DNA of 64,000 bases from Flectonema sp. DT1601 (taxonomy: Eukaryota). The stretch is from NCBI GenBank assembly GCA_964019425.1, contig OZ025790.1, forward strand, positions 992,001 through 1,056,000, read 5' to 3'. Position numbers and translations under genes: made by a program. Below, one piece after another: positions 48,624-61,700 of the stretch (position 1 is its first letter; each line of letters starts with the position of its first letter). The notes under the pieces were generated by a model that saw nothing but the letters and a program-made list of their open reading frames with translations, ran no database searches and had not been told where the DNA came from.

Positions 48624-49686
48624 TTTGCCCAATGCACTAACAGGTCATTCCCTCACACTCAGATCAAAAAATCAAAGTTCAGAGTGCATCTTAGCGTGAA
48701 TGAGAGAATTTCCTCCCGCTTATTTTGAACAAAAGGGATAGGAGAAGGGATAGAAAACGAACATAAAAATAAAATTCTAAGTGAGAAACACTTAGCAGAA
48801 ACACTTAGCAGCTTTTAAGGAGCTGAAAAGCAAAAAAAAATCTAAGTGAGAAACACTTAGTAGAAACAATTCGTAGCTAATTAAGCTGAAAATAAAAAAA
48901 TAAAAAAATTCTAAGTGAGAAATACTTAGCAACTTTTAGAACAAATATTTCAGTAAATAACCTGTAATGATTAAACCATTACAGGTTTGATGTCAAAACT
49001 GACAAGGACTGAGTTGAATTACCAGGTGAGATTTGGACAGTTAGCTTTTGGCTAAGGCCCTCCCTGAAGAGCAAGAACAGAAAAACTACTCACACCTGAA
49101 GAAAACATACACAAAGAACTACTCTCCTTCTTGCTGCCCAGGAGTTTCTGACCAGAACTAATAGAAAATAAAAAGTAGATGGGAAACAATAAAAAGTAAA
49201 ATGGATATAACTGAAGTTAAACAAGACAAATGAGGTAACAGACCAGAACAGAAAGAGGATTGTAATAGAAGATTACAAATAAAAAAAATGCAAGTATCAA
49301 CACATAATCAAGATACACCAGCAGCTAACAAACAACATAAAATTGAAGATCAGTTGCCAGAGTATTTCAACCATGGTAGAATACTCGCCCCTCTGGCAGG
49401 GATTATCCCAGACTTGTCCTTTAATCTAGTTGGACACCATGGCTTACAACCCTTCCAGAGGGAAGCACCATTATGACTTCTATTTTTTTTCTTCAAGAAA
49501 ATCATAAGGTGGTAACAAAGAAAAATGCTAAGAGGAACCCCCTATTAACACCTAAGACATCTAAACTGCAGCCCAGCCTATGCCCAATGCACTAACAGGT
49601 CATTCCCTCACACTCAGATCAAAAAATCAAAGTTCAGAGTGCATCTTAGCGTGAATGAGAGAATTTCCTCCCGCTTATTTTGAACA

Positions 49687-50766
49687 AACATTGTTTATTC
49701 TTTTTTTTTATTTTTTTTTTAATATTTTTTTTAATTTGAAAAAAAAAACAATCAGTTTAGCGTCTTGACCAGGACGAAAAATAGAAAGTAATCGACATAG
49801 TCGATCGATAAAAAAAAACAATGATAACATTGTTTATTCTTTTTTTTTATTTTAAATTCTTTTTATTCTTTTTAAAGAAAAAAAACAGAAAATAGAAATT
49901 AGTCGACATAGTCGAACGATAAAAAAAAACAATGATAACATTGTTTATTCTTTTTTTTGTATTTTTTTATATTCTTTTTTATTAATTTTGAAAAAAAACA
50001 ATCAGTTTAGCGTCTTGACCAGGACGGAAAATAGAAAGTGATCGACATAGTCGATCGATAAAAAAAACAATGATAACATTGTTTATTCTTTTTTTTATTT
50101 TATTTTAAATTCTTTTTTTTATTTTTTAAAGAAAAAAAACGGAAAATAGAAATTAGTCAACAAAGTCGAACGATAAAAAAAAAACAATGATAACATTGTT
50201 TATTCTTTTTTTTTTTATTTTTTTTTTTAATATTTTTTTTATTTTGAAAAAAAAAACAATCAGTTTAGCGTCTTGACCAGGACGGAAAATAGAAAGTGAT
50301 CGACATAGTCGATCGATAAAAAAAAAAACAATGATAACATCGTTTATTCTTTTTTTTTTTTTTTTTTTTTTTTATTCTTTTTATTTATTTAGAAAAAACA
50401 ATCAGTTTAGCGTCTTGACCAGGACGGAAAATAGAAAGTAATCGACATAGTCGATCGATAAAAAAAAAAACAATGATAACATCGTTTATTCTTTTTTTTT
50501 TTTTTTATATTCTTTTTATTAATTTTTTAAAAAAAAAAAACAATCAGTTTAGCGTCTTGACCAGGACGGAAAATAGAAAGTAATCGACATAGTCGATCGA
50601 TAAAAAAAAAAACAATGATAACATCGTTTATTCTTTTTTTTTTTTTTTATATTCTTTTTATTAATTTTTTAAAAAAAAAAAACAATCAGTTTAGCGTCTT
50701 GACCAGGACGGAAAACTGGAAGTAATCGACATAGTCGATCGATAAAAAAAAAACAATGATAACATT
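49687..50766 (+). repeat. ~110-bp satellite block
   Basis: About 10 units. Confidence 0.95.
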
Positions 50767-50984
50767 GGCAGGGGTTGTTATAACTTCGTTTGAAAATTCT
50801 TCTTTTTTAATTTCTTTTTTTTTTTTTTTTTTTTTTTTATTTAACAGGAGTTAAGATCACTTACATGAGTTAACACAACACAGATACGAGAGTAGCAAAC
50901 TGAGGTAACACTACCAATTCAACAAAAAATAATCAGGATCAGACACAAGGAGGAGAGTTCATTCTACCTCTCATTGTCCTTGCT

Positions 50985-51079
50985 GGTATCTTAAGTGTCT
51001 TGGTATCTCTTGTGTGTCGGTATCTCGGAAGTGCTGGTATCTCGTATGTGCGTTGGTATCTCTTGCGTGTTAGTATCTC
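50985..51079 (-). repeat. Inverted GAGATACC motif array
   Basis: Six ggtatctc-like motifs with spacers homologous to those at 36546-36640. Confidence 0.9.
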
Positions 51080-51365
51080 TTGCACATATTAAAAAAAAAA
51101 TATTGAGTTAACATGATCAGTTTTATTTAACATCAAAGACAGACCGGAACTATTCGAAAATAAAATGTAGATGGGAAACAGTGAAAATTAAAATGAATGA
51201 TAAAATTAAATGAGATTTATGACATAACAGACCAGATAGAGAGTAATAAAGGGAAAAGGAAAACGGGAAGGGTTCATTCACTTAGTTAAAGTTAAGACCG
51301 ATTAGTCAGTTTAAGGTCTTGACTAGGACCAACAAAAAAAAAAATAAATAAATAAATAAATAAAT

Positions 51366-51560
51366 AACGATCAAGCTGAGCTGATCTTGTTTTTATTAAA
51401 ATAAGGGGAGCGGGAGGGATGGAAGGAATAAAGGAAAAAAAAAAGAAAAGGTCGATCAATTGGATCTGGTCGTCGAGAAGAAGAAGACAATTATTTTAAA
51501 GGTCGATCGGCATAGCCGATCGTTGAGAAAAATAACCAGATATAAATACAATCAGTTTAA

Positions 51561-51598
<38 letters not shown>

Positions 51599-51800
51599 TT
51601 AACGATCAAGCTGAGCTGATCTTGTTTTTATTAAAATAAGGGGAGCGGGAGGGATGGAAGGAATAAAGGAAAAAAAAAGAAAAGGTCGATCAATTGGATC
51701 TGATCGTCGAGAAGAAGAAAACAATTATTTTAAAAAAAAAAAATGATCGGTATAGCCGATCGTTGAGAAAAGAACAGATATAAATACAATCGGTTTTGGT
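51366..51800 (+). repeat. Two ~235-bp tandem units, diverged relatives of the satellite
   Basis: aacgatcaagctgagctgatc...cgatcggcatagccgatcg...tacaatcagttt occurs at 51366 and 51601. Confidence 0.8.
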
Positions 51801-52264
51801 GATCGACGAGTGGAGCGATCACTTGACAAGAAGGAAAAAAGAAAGGACCGATTAATTGGGGCTTTGGTTGTATTCCCAAGGCATGTTTTTTTTTTTTTTT
51901 TTTTTTATTATTCATTTACATTATTTTTCTTTTTTTTTTTAAATTAATAATCACATTTTGTTCAAAAATATTTCATATTAGAGTAAAAGAAAAAGAAAAA
52001 AAAAAAAGAGATAAGAGAAAAGAAAAAAAAAACCATTGCTGGCCCCCTCACCACTCATAGAGGATGAGGAGGCCAGTAAGGCGTCACTCAAATCTATGCC
52101 AAGCCTTGGGAACTTGGATTGGGGTTTAGACCATTTACAATTAACAGTTGACAATTAATCTGATTATCATAGTTTACTCAGGGAATGATCACCAAGTCCA
52201 CTTTTGTGCCTTTTTCTTACTGTTTTTTACTTTAAAATTTTCTGGTTAAAAATACCAAAAATTG

Positions 52265-52347
52265 TGCCATGACCGGGAATTGAACCCCCGACCACGGTTA
52301 CGTAAGCGATTTAAGGTCGACGACCATAACAACTCGGCTATGCAGGC
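52265..52347 (-). pseudogene. Degenerate tRNA-like sequence
   Basis: gcctgca-TAGCCGAGTTG (A-box-like)...GGTTCAATTCC (B box), with a long variable arm. The acceptor and anticodon stems are mismatched. Confidence 0.55.
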
Positions 52348-52783
52348 TCTGGTACGTCGAAAATTATTTTATACTTATTACTTTTCTGTCCTAACGGAAC
52401 GGAAAATGAAAAATGTCCTTCCTTATCTAAAATGCACTCTGCACCTATTATGTTGGTTCAGCAGTGGCTTATCGAACTTATTAGCTCTCGTTGCACTGGT
52501 TAGCGCTGTGTTTGAGACGTTATATTATATCGGTACACTTTTAACTAATATGTTACTTCCTTTCCTTAGCAAATTTTGCTCTTTTTGTTATTTCTCTAAA
52601 ACAAAAGAATTTATGAGGAAGGAAGGGGAATCAAGTTGGAATTGGTATTGTGGCTTATTGTCAATGGTGGGTAATATGGGGAGGGTAACCTTGTCAAATT
52701 CGACAAGTCTTTTAAGGGATGTGTATCGACACACGGGGCCGGACGAAACGTTCGACTTTCCACATGCGGGCTTTGAATATGCT

Positions 52784-55700
52784 AAGGTCGACGGAGGTTC
52801 GAAGCATTGCTTGCGATGATGTTCCGGTATGTGTTGCGTCTCTGTTATTTGTTTGTTTCAACTCAATTGGTTCATCTCAGGTTTTAGAAGTCTTCGTCCT
52901 GTTCGATGGGAAGGGCCTGAATCAAAAGTTCACTGCCCCTATTCCTCTCCCAAATTTCTTATTCAGCTCGCCACATGACTGTGTGACATTATTGCTACAT
53001 TGTAGCTCCCCTACAAAAACCTTATTTTTTGCAGTTGTCTTTTGGTTGTAGCAACTTTTATTTTATGCTTTTCTAATGTCCCAAAGTTGGTTTATTTTAC
53101 TTTTTTTTTCTGCAAGGGAACAGTCCAAAGCATAAGTCCGAACAGCCCTAAGGCCAGTGAACGCACTGATTGTTAGGTATTGTATTCCAGGGAAAGTTTG
53201 GTTTGTATACTTTATTTTTATTTTAGTTTATTTAATTTGTTAAAAGAAAACAGGTAACTTTACATGAGCATCGGCTCGAACGGCTCTGGCGAAGCGAGTG
53301 AACGAGTCTGATTGCTGAGTATTGTATTCTGTTTTCTTGTTCTTTTTTTAATTTATTTCAAACAGGGCAACAGGGGGAAAGTTTGGTTTGTATCCCCTGG
53401 GTGTTTAGCGTCACCTGTTGAGGTGTAATGTATTCTGTTTACTTCTATCCCTTTGTTTTTTTTTTTTTTTTTTTTTTTATTTCAAACAGGACAGCAGGGG
53501 GAAAGTTTGTTTCGTACCCCCCGGGTGCTTAGCGTCACCCTCCATGCGATGCTTGCGCAGGGAGAGCCAAGGGTCGAGAACCCTGGAGATTACCTTTGTT
53601 TCTTTTTGTGACTGGATTGCAGTGGCGCAACCCATCACCCCACCTGTTGGTATCTTTTTATTTTTTTTATTTAAAGAAAAAAGCAGGCTAAGTCGCCTGA
53701 GCTGGCATCGCCAGAATATTTAACTTCACATGGCAATGTCAGCTCGTGAAGGGATCCAGTTGGATCAAAGGTTTTCTCCCCCCCACTCTATTTATCGTCA
53801 TTGGTGCGCACCTTCGAACAGGAAGGCCAACACTGACGGAATTTTTTACTTCTCTTCCCAGGGTTGAACCTTGGGAAAAAAACAAACAATAAACACAGTG
53901 TAGACAAACACCCGCCGGACATCTGCAGAGCAGCGATCGATGTCGATGTCTTCGTTGTCGAACTTCCTGGCGTTTATGTTTTTGTTTTTAACAACAACAC
54001 AACACCAACTAACAGGTTTGTCTCATTGCCCGTTCTTTCTTGTTTCCCTTTGCCGCCGGAAGTACGAAGGTCGACGGAGGTTCGAAGCATTGCTTGCGAT
54101 GATGTTCCGGTATGTGTTGCGTCTCTGTTATTTGTTTGTTTCAACTCAATTGGTTCATCTCAGGTTTTAGAAGTCTTCGTCCTGTTCGATGGGAAGGGCC
54201 TGAATCAAAAGTTCACTGCCCCTATTCCTCTCCCAAATTTCTTATTCAGCTCGCCACATGACTGTGTGACATTATTGCTACATTGTAGCTCCCCTACAAA
54301 AACCTTATTTTTTGCAGTTGTCTTTTGGTTGTAGCAACTTTTATTTTATGCTTTTCTAATGTCCCAAAGTTGGTTTATTTTACTTTTTTTTTCTGCAAGG
54401 GAACAGTCCAAAGCATAAGTCCGAACAGCCCTAAGGCCAGTGAACGCACTGATTGTTAGGTATTGTATTCCAGGGAAAGTTTGGTTTGTATACTTTATTT
54501 TTATTTTAGTTTATTTAATTTGTTAAAAGAAAACAGGTAACTTTACATGAGCATCGGCTCGAACGGCTCTGGCGAAGCGAGTGAACGAGTCTGATTGCTG
54601 AGTATTGTATTCTGTTTTCTTGTTCTTTTTTTAATTTATTTCAAACAGGGCAACAGGGGGAAAGTTTGGTTTGTATCCCCTGGGTGTTTAGCGTCACCTG
54701 TTGAGGTGTAATGTATTCTGTTTACTTCTATCCCTTTGTTTTTTTTTTTTTTTTTTTTTTTATTTCAAACAGGACAGCAGGGGGAAAGTTTGTTTCGTAC
54801 CCCCCGGGTGCTTAGCGTCACCCTCCATGCGATGCTTGCGCAGGGAGAGCCAAGGGTCGAGAACCCTGGAGATTACCTTTGTTTCTTTTTGTGACTGGAT
54901 TGCAGTGGCGCAACCCATCACCCCACCTGTTGGTATCTTTTTATTTTTTTTATTTAAAGAAAAAAGCAGGCTAAGTCGCCTGAGCTGGCATCGCCAGAAT
55001 ATTTAACTTCACATGGCAATGTCAGCTCGTGAAGGGATCCAGTTGGATCAAAGGTTTTCTCCCCCCCACTCTATTTATCGTCATTGGTGCGCACCTTCGA
55101 ACAGGAAGGCCAACACTGACGGAATTTTTTACTTCTCTTCCCAGGGTTGAACCTTGGGAAAAAAACAAACAATAAACACAGTGTAGACAAACACCCGCCG
55201 GACATCTGCAGAGCAGCGATCGATGTCGATGTCTTCGTTGTCGAACTTCCTGGCGTTTATGTTTTTGTTTTTAACAACAACACAACACCAACTAACAGGT
55301 TTGTCTCATTGCCCGTTCTTTCTTGTTTCCCTTTGCCGCCGGAAGTACGAAGGTCGACGGAGGTTCGAAGCATTGCTTGCGATGATGTTCCGGTATGTGT
55401 TGCGTCTCTGTTATTTGTTTGTTTCAACTCAATTGGTTCATCTCAGGTTTTAGAAGTCTTCGTCCTGTTCGATGGGAAGGGCCTGAATCAAAAGTTCACT
55501 GCCCCTATTCCTCTCCCAAATTTCTTATTCAGCTCGCCACATGACTGTGTGACATTATTGCTACATTGTAGCTCCCCTACAAAAACCTTATTTTTTGCAG
55601 TTGTCTTTTGGTTGTAGCAACTTTTATTTTATGCTTTTCTAATGTCCCAAAGTTGGTTTATTTTACTTTTTTTTTCTGCAAGGGAACAGTCCAAAGCATA

Positions 55701-58700
55701 AGTCCGAACAGCCCTAAGGCCAGTGAACGCACTGATTGTTAGGTATTGTATTCCAGGGAAAGTTTGGTTTGTATACTTTATTTTTATTTTAGTTTATTTA
55801 ATTTGTTAAAAGAAAACAGGTAACTTTACATGAGCATCGGCTCGAACGGCTCTGGCGAAGCGAGTGAACGAGTCTGATTGCTGAGTATTGTATTCTGTTT
55901 TCTTGTTCTTTTTTTAATTTATTTCAAACAGGGCAACAGGGGGAAAGTTTGGTTTGTATCCCCTGGGTGTTTAGCGTCACCTGTTGAGGTGTAATGTATT
56001 CTGTTTACTTCTATCCCTTTGTTTTTTTTTTTTTTTTTTTTTTTATTTCAAACAGGACAGCAGGGGGAAAGTTTGTTTCGTACCCCCCGGGTGCTTAGCG
56101 TCACCCTCCATGCGATGCTTGCGCAGGGAGAGCCAAGGGTCGAGAACCCTGGAGATTACCTTTGTTTCTTTTTGTGACTGGATTGCAGTGGCGCAACCCA
56201 TCACCCCACCTGTTGGTATCTTTTTATTTTTTTTATTTAAAGAAAAAAGCAGGCTAAGTCGCCTGAGCTGGCATCGCCAGAATATTTAACTTCACATGGC
56301 AATGTCAGCTCGTGAAGGGATCCAGTTGGATCAAAGGTTTTCTCCCCCCCACTCTATTTATCGTCATTGGTGCGCACCTTCGAACAGGAAGGCCAACACT
56401 GACGGAATTTTTTACTTCTCTTCCCAGGGTTGAACCTTGGGAAAAAAACAAACAATAAACACAGTGTAGACAAACACCCGCCGGACATCTGCAGAGCAGC
56501 GATCGATGTCGATGTCTTCGTTGTCGAACTTCCTGGCGTTTATGTTTTTGTTTTTAACAACAACACAACACCAACTAACAGGTTTGTCTCATTGCCCGTT
56601 CTTTCTTGTTTCCCTTTGCCGCCGGAAGTACGAAGGTCGACGGAGGTTCGAAGCATTGCTTGCGATGATGTTCCGGTATGTGTTGCGTCTCTGTTATTTG
56701 TTTGTTTCAACTCAATTGGTTCATCTCAGGTTTTAGAAGTCTTCGTCCTGTTCGATGGGAAGGGCCTGAATCAAAAGTTCACTGCCCCTATTCCTCTCCC
56801 AAATTTCTTATTCAGCTCGCCACATGACTGTGTGACATTATTGCTACATTGTAGCTCCCCTACAAAAACCTTATTTTTTGCAGTTGTCTTTTGGTTGTAG
56901 CAACTTTTATTTTATGCTTTTCTAATGTCCCAAAGTTGGTTTATTTTACTTTTTTTTTCTGCAAGGGAACAGTCCAAAGCATAAGTCCGAACAGCCCTAA
57001 GGCCAGTGAACGCACTGATTGTTAGGTATTGTATTCCAGGGAAAGTTTGGTTTGTATACTTTATTTTTATTTTAGTTTATTTAATTTGTTAAAAGAAAAC
57101 AGGTAACTTTACATGAGCATCGGCTCGAACGGCTCTGGCGAAGCGAGTGAACGAGTCTGATTGCTGAGTATTGTATTCTGTTTTCTTGTTCTTTTTTTAA
57201 TTTATTTCAAACAGGGCAACAGGGGGAAAGTTTGGTTTGTATCCCCTGGGTGTTTAGCGTCACCTGTTGAGGTGTAATGTATTCTGTTTACTTCTATCCC
57301 TTTGTTTTTTTTTTTTTTTTTTTTTTTATTTCAAACAGGACAGCAGGGGGAAAGTTTGTTTCGTACCCCCCGGGTGCTTAGCGTCACCCTCCATGCGATG
57401 CTTGCGCAGGGAGAGCCAAGGGTCGAGAACCCTGGAGATTACCTTTGTTTCTTTTTGTGACTGGATTGCAGTGGCGCAACCCATCACCCCACCTGTTGGT
57501 ATCTTTTTATTTTTTTTATTTAAAGAAAAAAGCAGGCTAAGTCGCCTGAGCTGGCATCGCCAGAATATTTAACTTCACATGGCAATGTCAGCTCGTGAAG
57601 GGATCCAGTTGGATCAAAGGTTTTCTCCCCCCCACTCTATTTATCGTCATTGGTGCGCACCTTCGAACAGGAAGGCCAACACTGACGGAATTTTTTACTT
57701 CTCTTCCCAGGGTTGAACCTTGGGAAAAAAACAAACAATAAACACAGTGTAGACAAACACCCGCCGGACATCTGCAGAGCAGCGATCGATGTCGATGTCT
57801 TCGTTGTCGAACTTCCTGGCGTTTATGTTTTTGTTTTTAACAACAACACAACACCAACTAACAGGTTTGTCTCATTGCCCGTTCTTTCTTGTTTCCCTTT
57901 GCCGCCGGAAGTACGAAGGTCGACGGAGGTTCGAAGCATTGCTTGCGATGATGTTCCGGTATGTGTTGCGTCTCTGTTATTTGTTTGTTTCAACTCAATT
58001 GGTTCATCTCAGGTTTTAGAAGTCTTCGTCCTGTTCGATGGGAAGGGCCTGAATCAAAAGTTCACTGCCCCTATTCCTCTCCCAAATTTCTTATTCAGCT
58101 CGCCACATGACTGTGTGACATTATTGCTACATTGTAGCTCCCCTACAAAAACCTTATTTTTTGCAGTTGTCTTTTGGTTGTAGCAACTTTTATTTTATGC
58201 TTTTCTAATGTCCCAAAGTTGGTTTATTTTACTTTTTTTTTCTGCAAGGGAACAGTCCAAAGCATAAGTCCGAACAGCCCTAAGGCCAGTGAACGCACTG
58301 ATTGTTAGGTATTGTATTCCAGGGAAAGTTTGGTTTGTATACTTTATTTTTATTTTAGTTTATTTAATTTGTTAAAAGAAAACAGGTAACTTTACATGAG
58401 CATCGGCTCGAACGGCTCTGGCGAAGCGATGTGAACGAGTCTGATTGCTGAGTATTGTATTCTGTTTTCTTGTTCTTTTTTTAATTTATTTCAAACAGGG
58501 CAACAGGGGGAAAGTTTGGTTTGTATCCCCTGGGTGTTTAGCGTCACCTGTTGAGGTGTAATGTATTCTGTTTACTTCTATCCCTTTGTTTTTTTTTTTT
58601 TTTTTTTTTTTATTTCAAACAGGACAGCAGGGGGAAAGTTTGTTTCGTACCCCCCGGGTGCTTAGCGTCACCCTCCATGCGATGCTTGCGCAGGGAGAGC

Positions 58701-61700
58701 CAAGGGTCGAGAACCCTGGAGATTACCTTTGTTTCTTTTTGTGACTGGATTGCAGTGGCGCAACCCATCACCCCACCTGTTGGTATCTTTTTATTTTTTT
58801 TATTTAAAGAAAAAAGCAGGCTAAGTCGCCTGAGCTGGCATCGCCAGAATATTTAACTTCACATGGCAATGTCAGCTCGTGAAGGGATCCAGTTGGATCA
58901 AAGGTTTTCTCCCCCCCACTCTATTTATCGTCATTGGTGCGCACCTTCGAACAGGAAGGCCAACACTGACGGAATTTTTTACTTCTCTTCCCAGGGTTGA
59001 ACCTTGGGAAAAAAACAAACAATAAACACAGTGTAGACAAACACCCGCCGGACATCTGCAGAGCAGCGATCGATGTCGATGTCTTCGTTGTCGAACTTCC
59101 TGGCGTTTATGTTTTTGTTTTTAACAACAACACAACACCAACTAACAGGTTTGTCTCATTGCCCGTTCTTTCTTGTTTCCCTTTGCCGCCGGAAGTACGA
59201 AGGTCGACGGAGGTTCGAAGCATTGCTTGCGATGATGTTCCGGTATGTGTTGCGTCTCTGTTATTTGTTTGTTTCAACTCAATTGGTTCATCTCAGGTTT
59301 TAGAAGTCTTCGTCCTGTTCGATGGGAAGGGCCTGAATCAAAAGTTCACTGCCCCTATTCCTCTCCCAAATTTCTTATTCAGCTCGCCACATGACTGTGT
59401 GACATTATTGCTACATTGTAGCTCCCCTACAAAAACCTTATTTTTTGCAGTTGTCTTTTGGTTGTAGCAACTTTTATTTTATGCTTTTCTAATGTCCCAA
59501 AGTTGGTTTATTTTACTTTTTTTTTCTGCAAGGGAACAGTCCAAAGCATAAGTCCGAACAGCCCTAAGGCCAGTGAACGCACTGATTGTTAGGTATTGTA
59601 TTCCAGGGAAAGTTTGGTTTGTATACTTTATTTTTATTTTAGTTTATTTAATTTGTTAAAAGAAAACAGGTAACTTTACATGAGCATCGGCTCGAACGGC
59701 TCTGGCGAAGCGAGTGAACGAGTCTGATTGCTGAGTATTGTATTCTGTTTTCTTGTTCTTTTTTTAATTTATTTCAAACAGGGCAACAGGGGGAAAGTTT
59801 GGTTTGTATCCCCTGGGTGTTTAGCGTCACCTGTTGAGGTGTAATGTATTCTGTTTACTTCTATCCCTTTGTTTTTTTTTTTTTTTTTTTTTTTATTTCA
59901 AACAGGACAGCAGGGGGAAAGTTTGTTTCGTACCCCCCGGGTGCTTAGCGTCACCCTCCATGCGATGCTTGCGCAGGGAGAGCCAAGGGTCGAGAACCCT
60001 GGAGATTACCTTTGTTTCTTTTTGTGACTGGATTGCAGTGGCGCAACCCATCACCCCACCTGTTGGTATCTTTTTATTTTTTTTATTTAAAGAAAAAAGC
60101 AGGCTAAGTCGCCTGAGCTGGCATCGCCAGAATATTTAACTTCACATGGCAATGTCAGCTCGTGAAGGGATCCAGTTGGATCAAAGGTTTTCTCCCCCCC
60201 ACTCTATTTATCGTCATTGGTGCGCACCTTCGAACAGGAAGGCCAACACTGACGGAATTTTTTACTTCTCTTCCCAGGGTTGAACCTTGGGAAAAAAACA
60301 AACAATAAACACAGTGTAGACAAACACCCGCCGGACATCTGCAGAGCAGCGATCGATGTCGATGTCTTCGTTGTCGAACTTCCTGGCGTTTATGTTTTTG
60401 TTTTTAACAACAACACAACACCAACTAACAGGTTTGTCTCATTGCCCGTTCTTTCTTGTTTCCCTTTGCCGCCGGAAGTACGAAGGTCGACGGAGGTTCG
60501 AAGCATTGCTTGCGATGATGTTCCGGTATGTGTTGCGTCTCTGTTATTTGTTTGTTTCAACTCAATTGGTTCATCTCAGGTTTTAGAAGTCTTCGTCCTG
60601 TTCGATGGGAAGGGCCTGAATCAAAAGTTCACTGCCCCTATTCCTCTCCCAAATTTCTTATTCAGCTCGCCACATGACTGTGTGACATTATTGCTACATT
60701 GTAGCTCCCCTACAAAAACCTTATTTTTTGCAGTTGTCTTTTGGTTGTAGCAACTTTTATTTTATGCTTTTCTAATGTCCCAAAGTTGGTTTATTTTACT
60801 TTTTTTTTCTGCAAGGGAACAGTCCAAAGCATAAGTCCGAACAGCCCTAAGGCCAGTGAACGCACTGATTGTTAGGTATTGTATTCCAGGGAAAGTTTGG
60901 TTTGTATACTTTATTTTTATTTTAGTTTATTTAATTTGTTAAAAGAAAACAGGTAACTTTACATGAGCATCGGCTCGAACGGCTCTGGCGAAGCGAGTGA
61001 ACGAGTCTGATTGCTGAGTATTGTATTCTGTTTTCTTGTTCTTTTTTTAATTTATTTCAAACAGGGCAACAGGGGGAAAGTTTGGTTTGTATCCCCTGGG
61101 TGTTTAGCGTCACCTGTTGAGGTGTAATGTATTCTGTTTACTTCTATCCCTTTGTTTTTTTTTTTTTTTTTTTTTTTATTTCAAACAGGACAGCAGGGGG
61201 AAAGTTTGTTTCGTACCCCCCGGGTGCTTAGCGTCACCCTCCATGCGATGCTTGCGCAGGGAGAGCCAAGGGTCGAGAACCCTGGAGATTACCTTTGTTT
61301 CTTTTTGTGACTGGATTGCAGTGGCGCAACCCATCACCCCACCTGTTGGTATCTTTTTATTTTTTTTATTTAAAGAAAAAAGCAGGCTAAGTCGCCTGAG
61401 CTGGCATCGCCAGAATATTTAACTTCACATGGCAATGTCAGCTCGTGAAGGGATCCAGTTGGATCAAAGGTTTTCTCCCCCCCACTCTATTTATCGTCAT
61501 TGGTGCGCACCTTCGAACAGGAAGGCCAACACTGACGGAATTTTTTACTTCTCTTCCCAGGGTTGAACCTTGGGAAAAAAACAAACAATAAACACAGTGT
61601 AGACAAACACCCGCCGGACATCTGCAGAGCAGCGATCGATGTCGATGTCTTCGTTGTCGAACTTCCTGGCGTTTATGTTTTTGTTTTTAACAACAACACA

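Noticed and set aside
36885..50766. Satellite read as a CRISPR array or as coding repeats (64-91 aa ORFs)
   Set aside because: The intervening parts are homopolymer tracts rather than unique spacers, and ORF frames vary with tract length.
29941..52347. Functional tRNA genes at 29941, 43270 and 52265
   Set aside because: A/B boxes are present but the acceptor and anticodon stems do not pair, so they are reported as tRNA-like only.
53418..54334. Repeated 101, 156 and 76 aa ORFs
   Set aside because: The 101 and 156 aa ORFs start at TTG, all run through polyT or intron-like tracts, and none has a recognisable domain.
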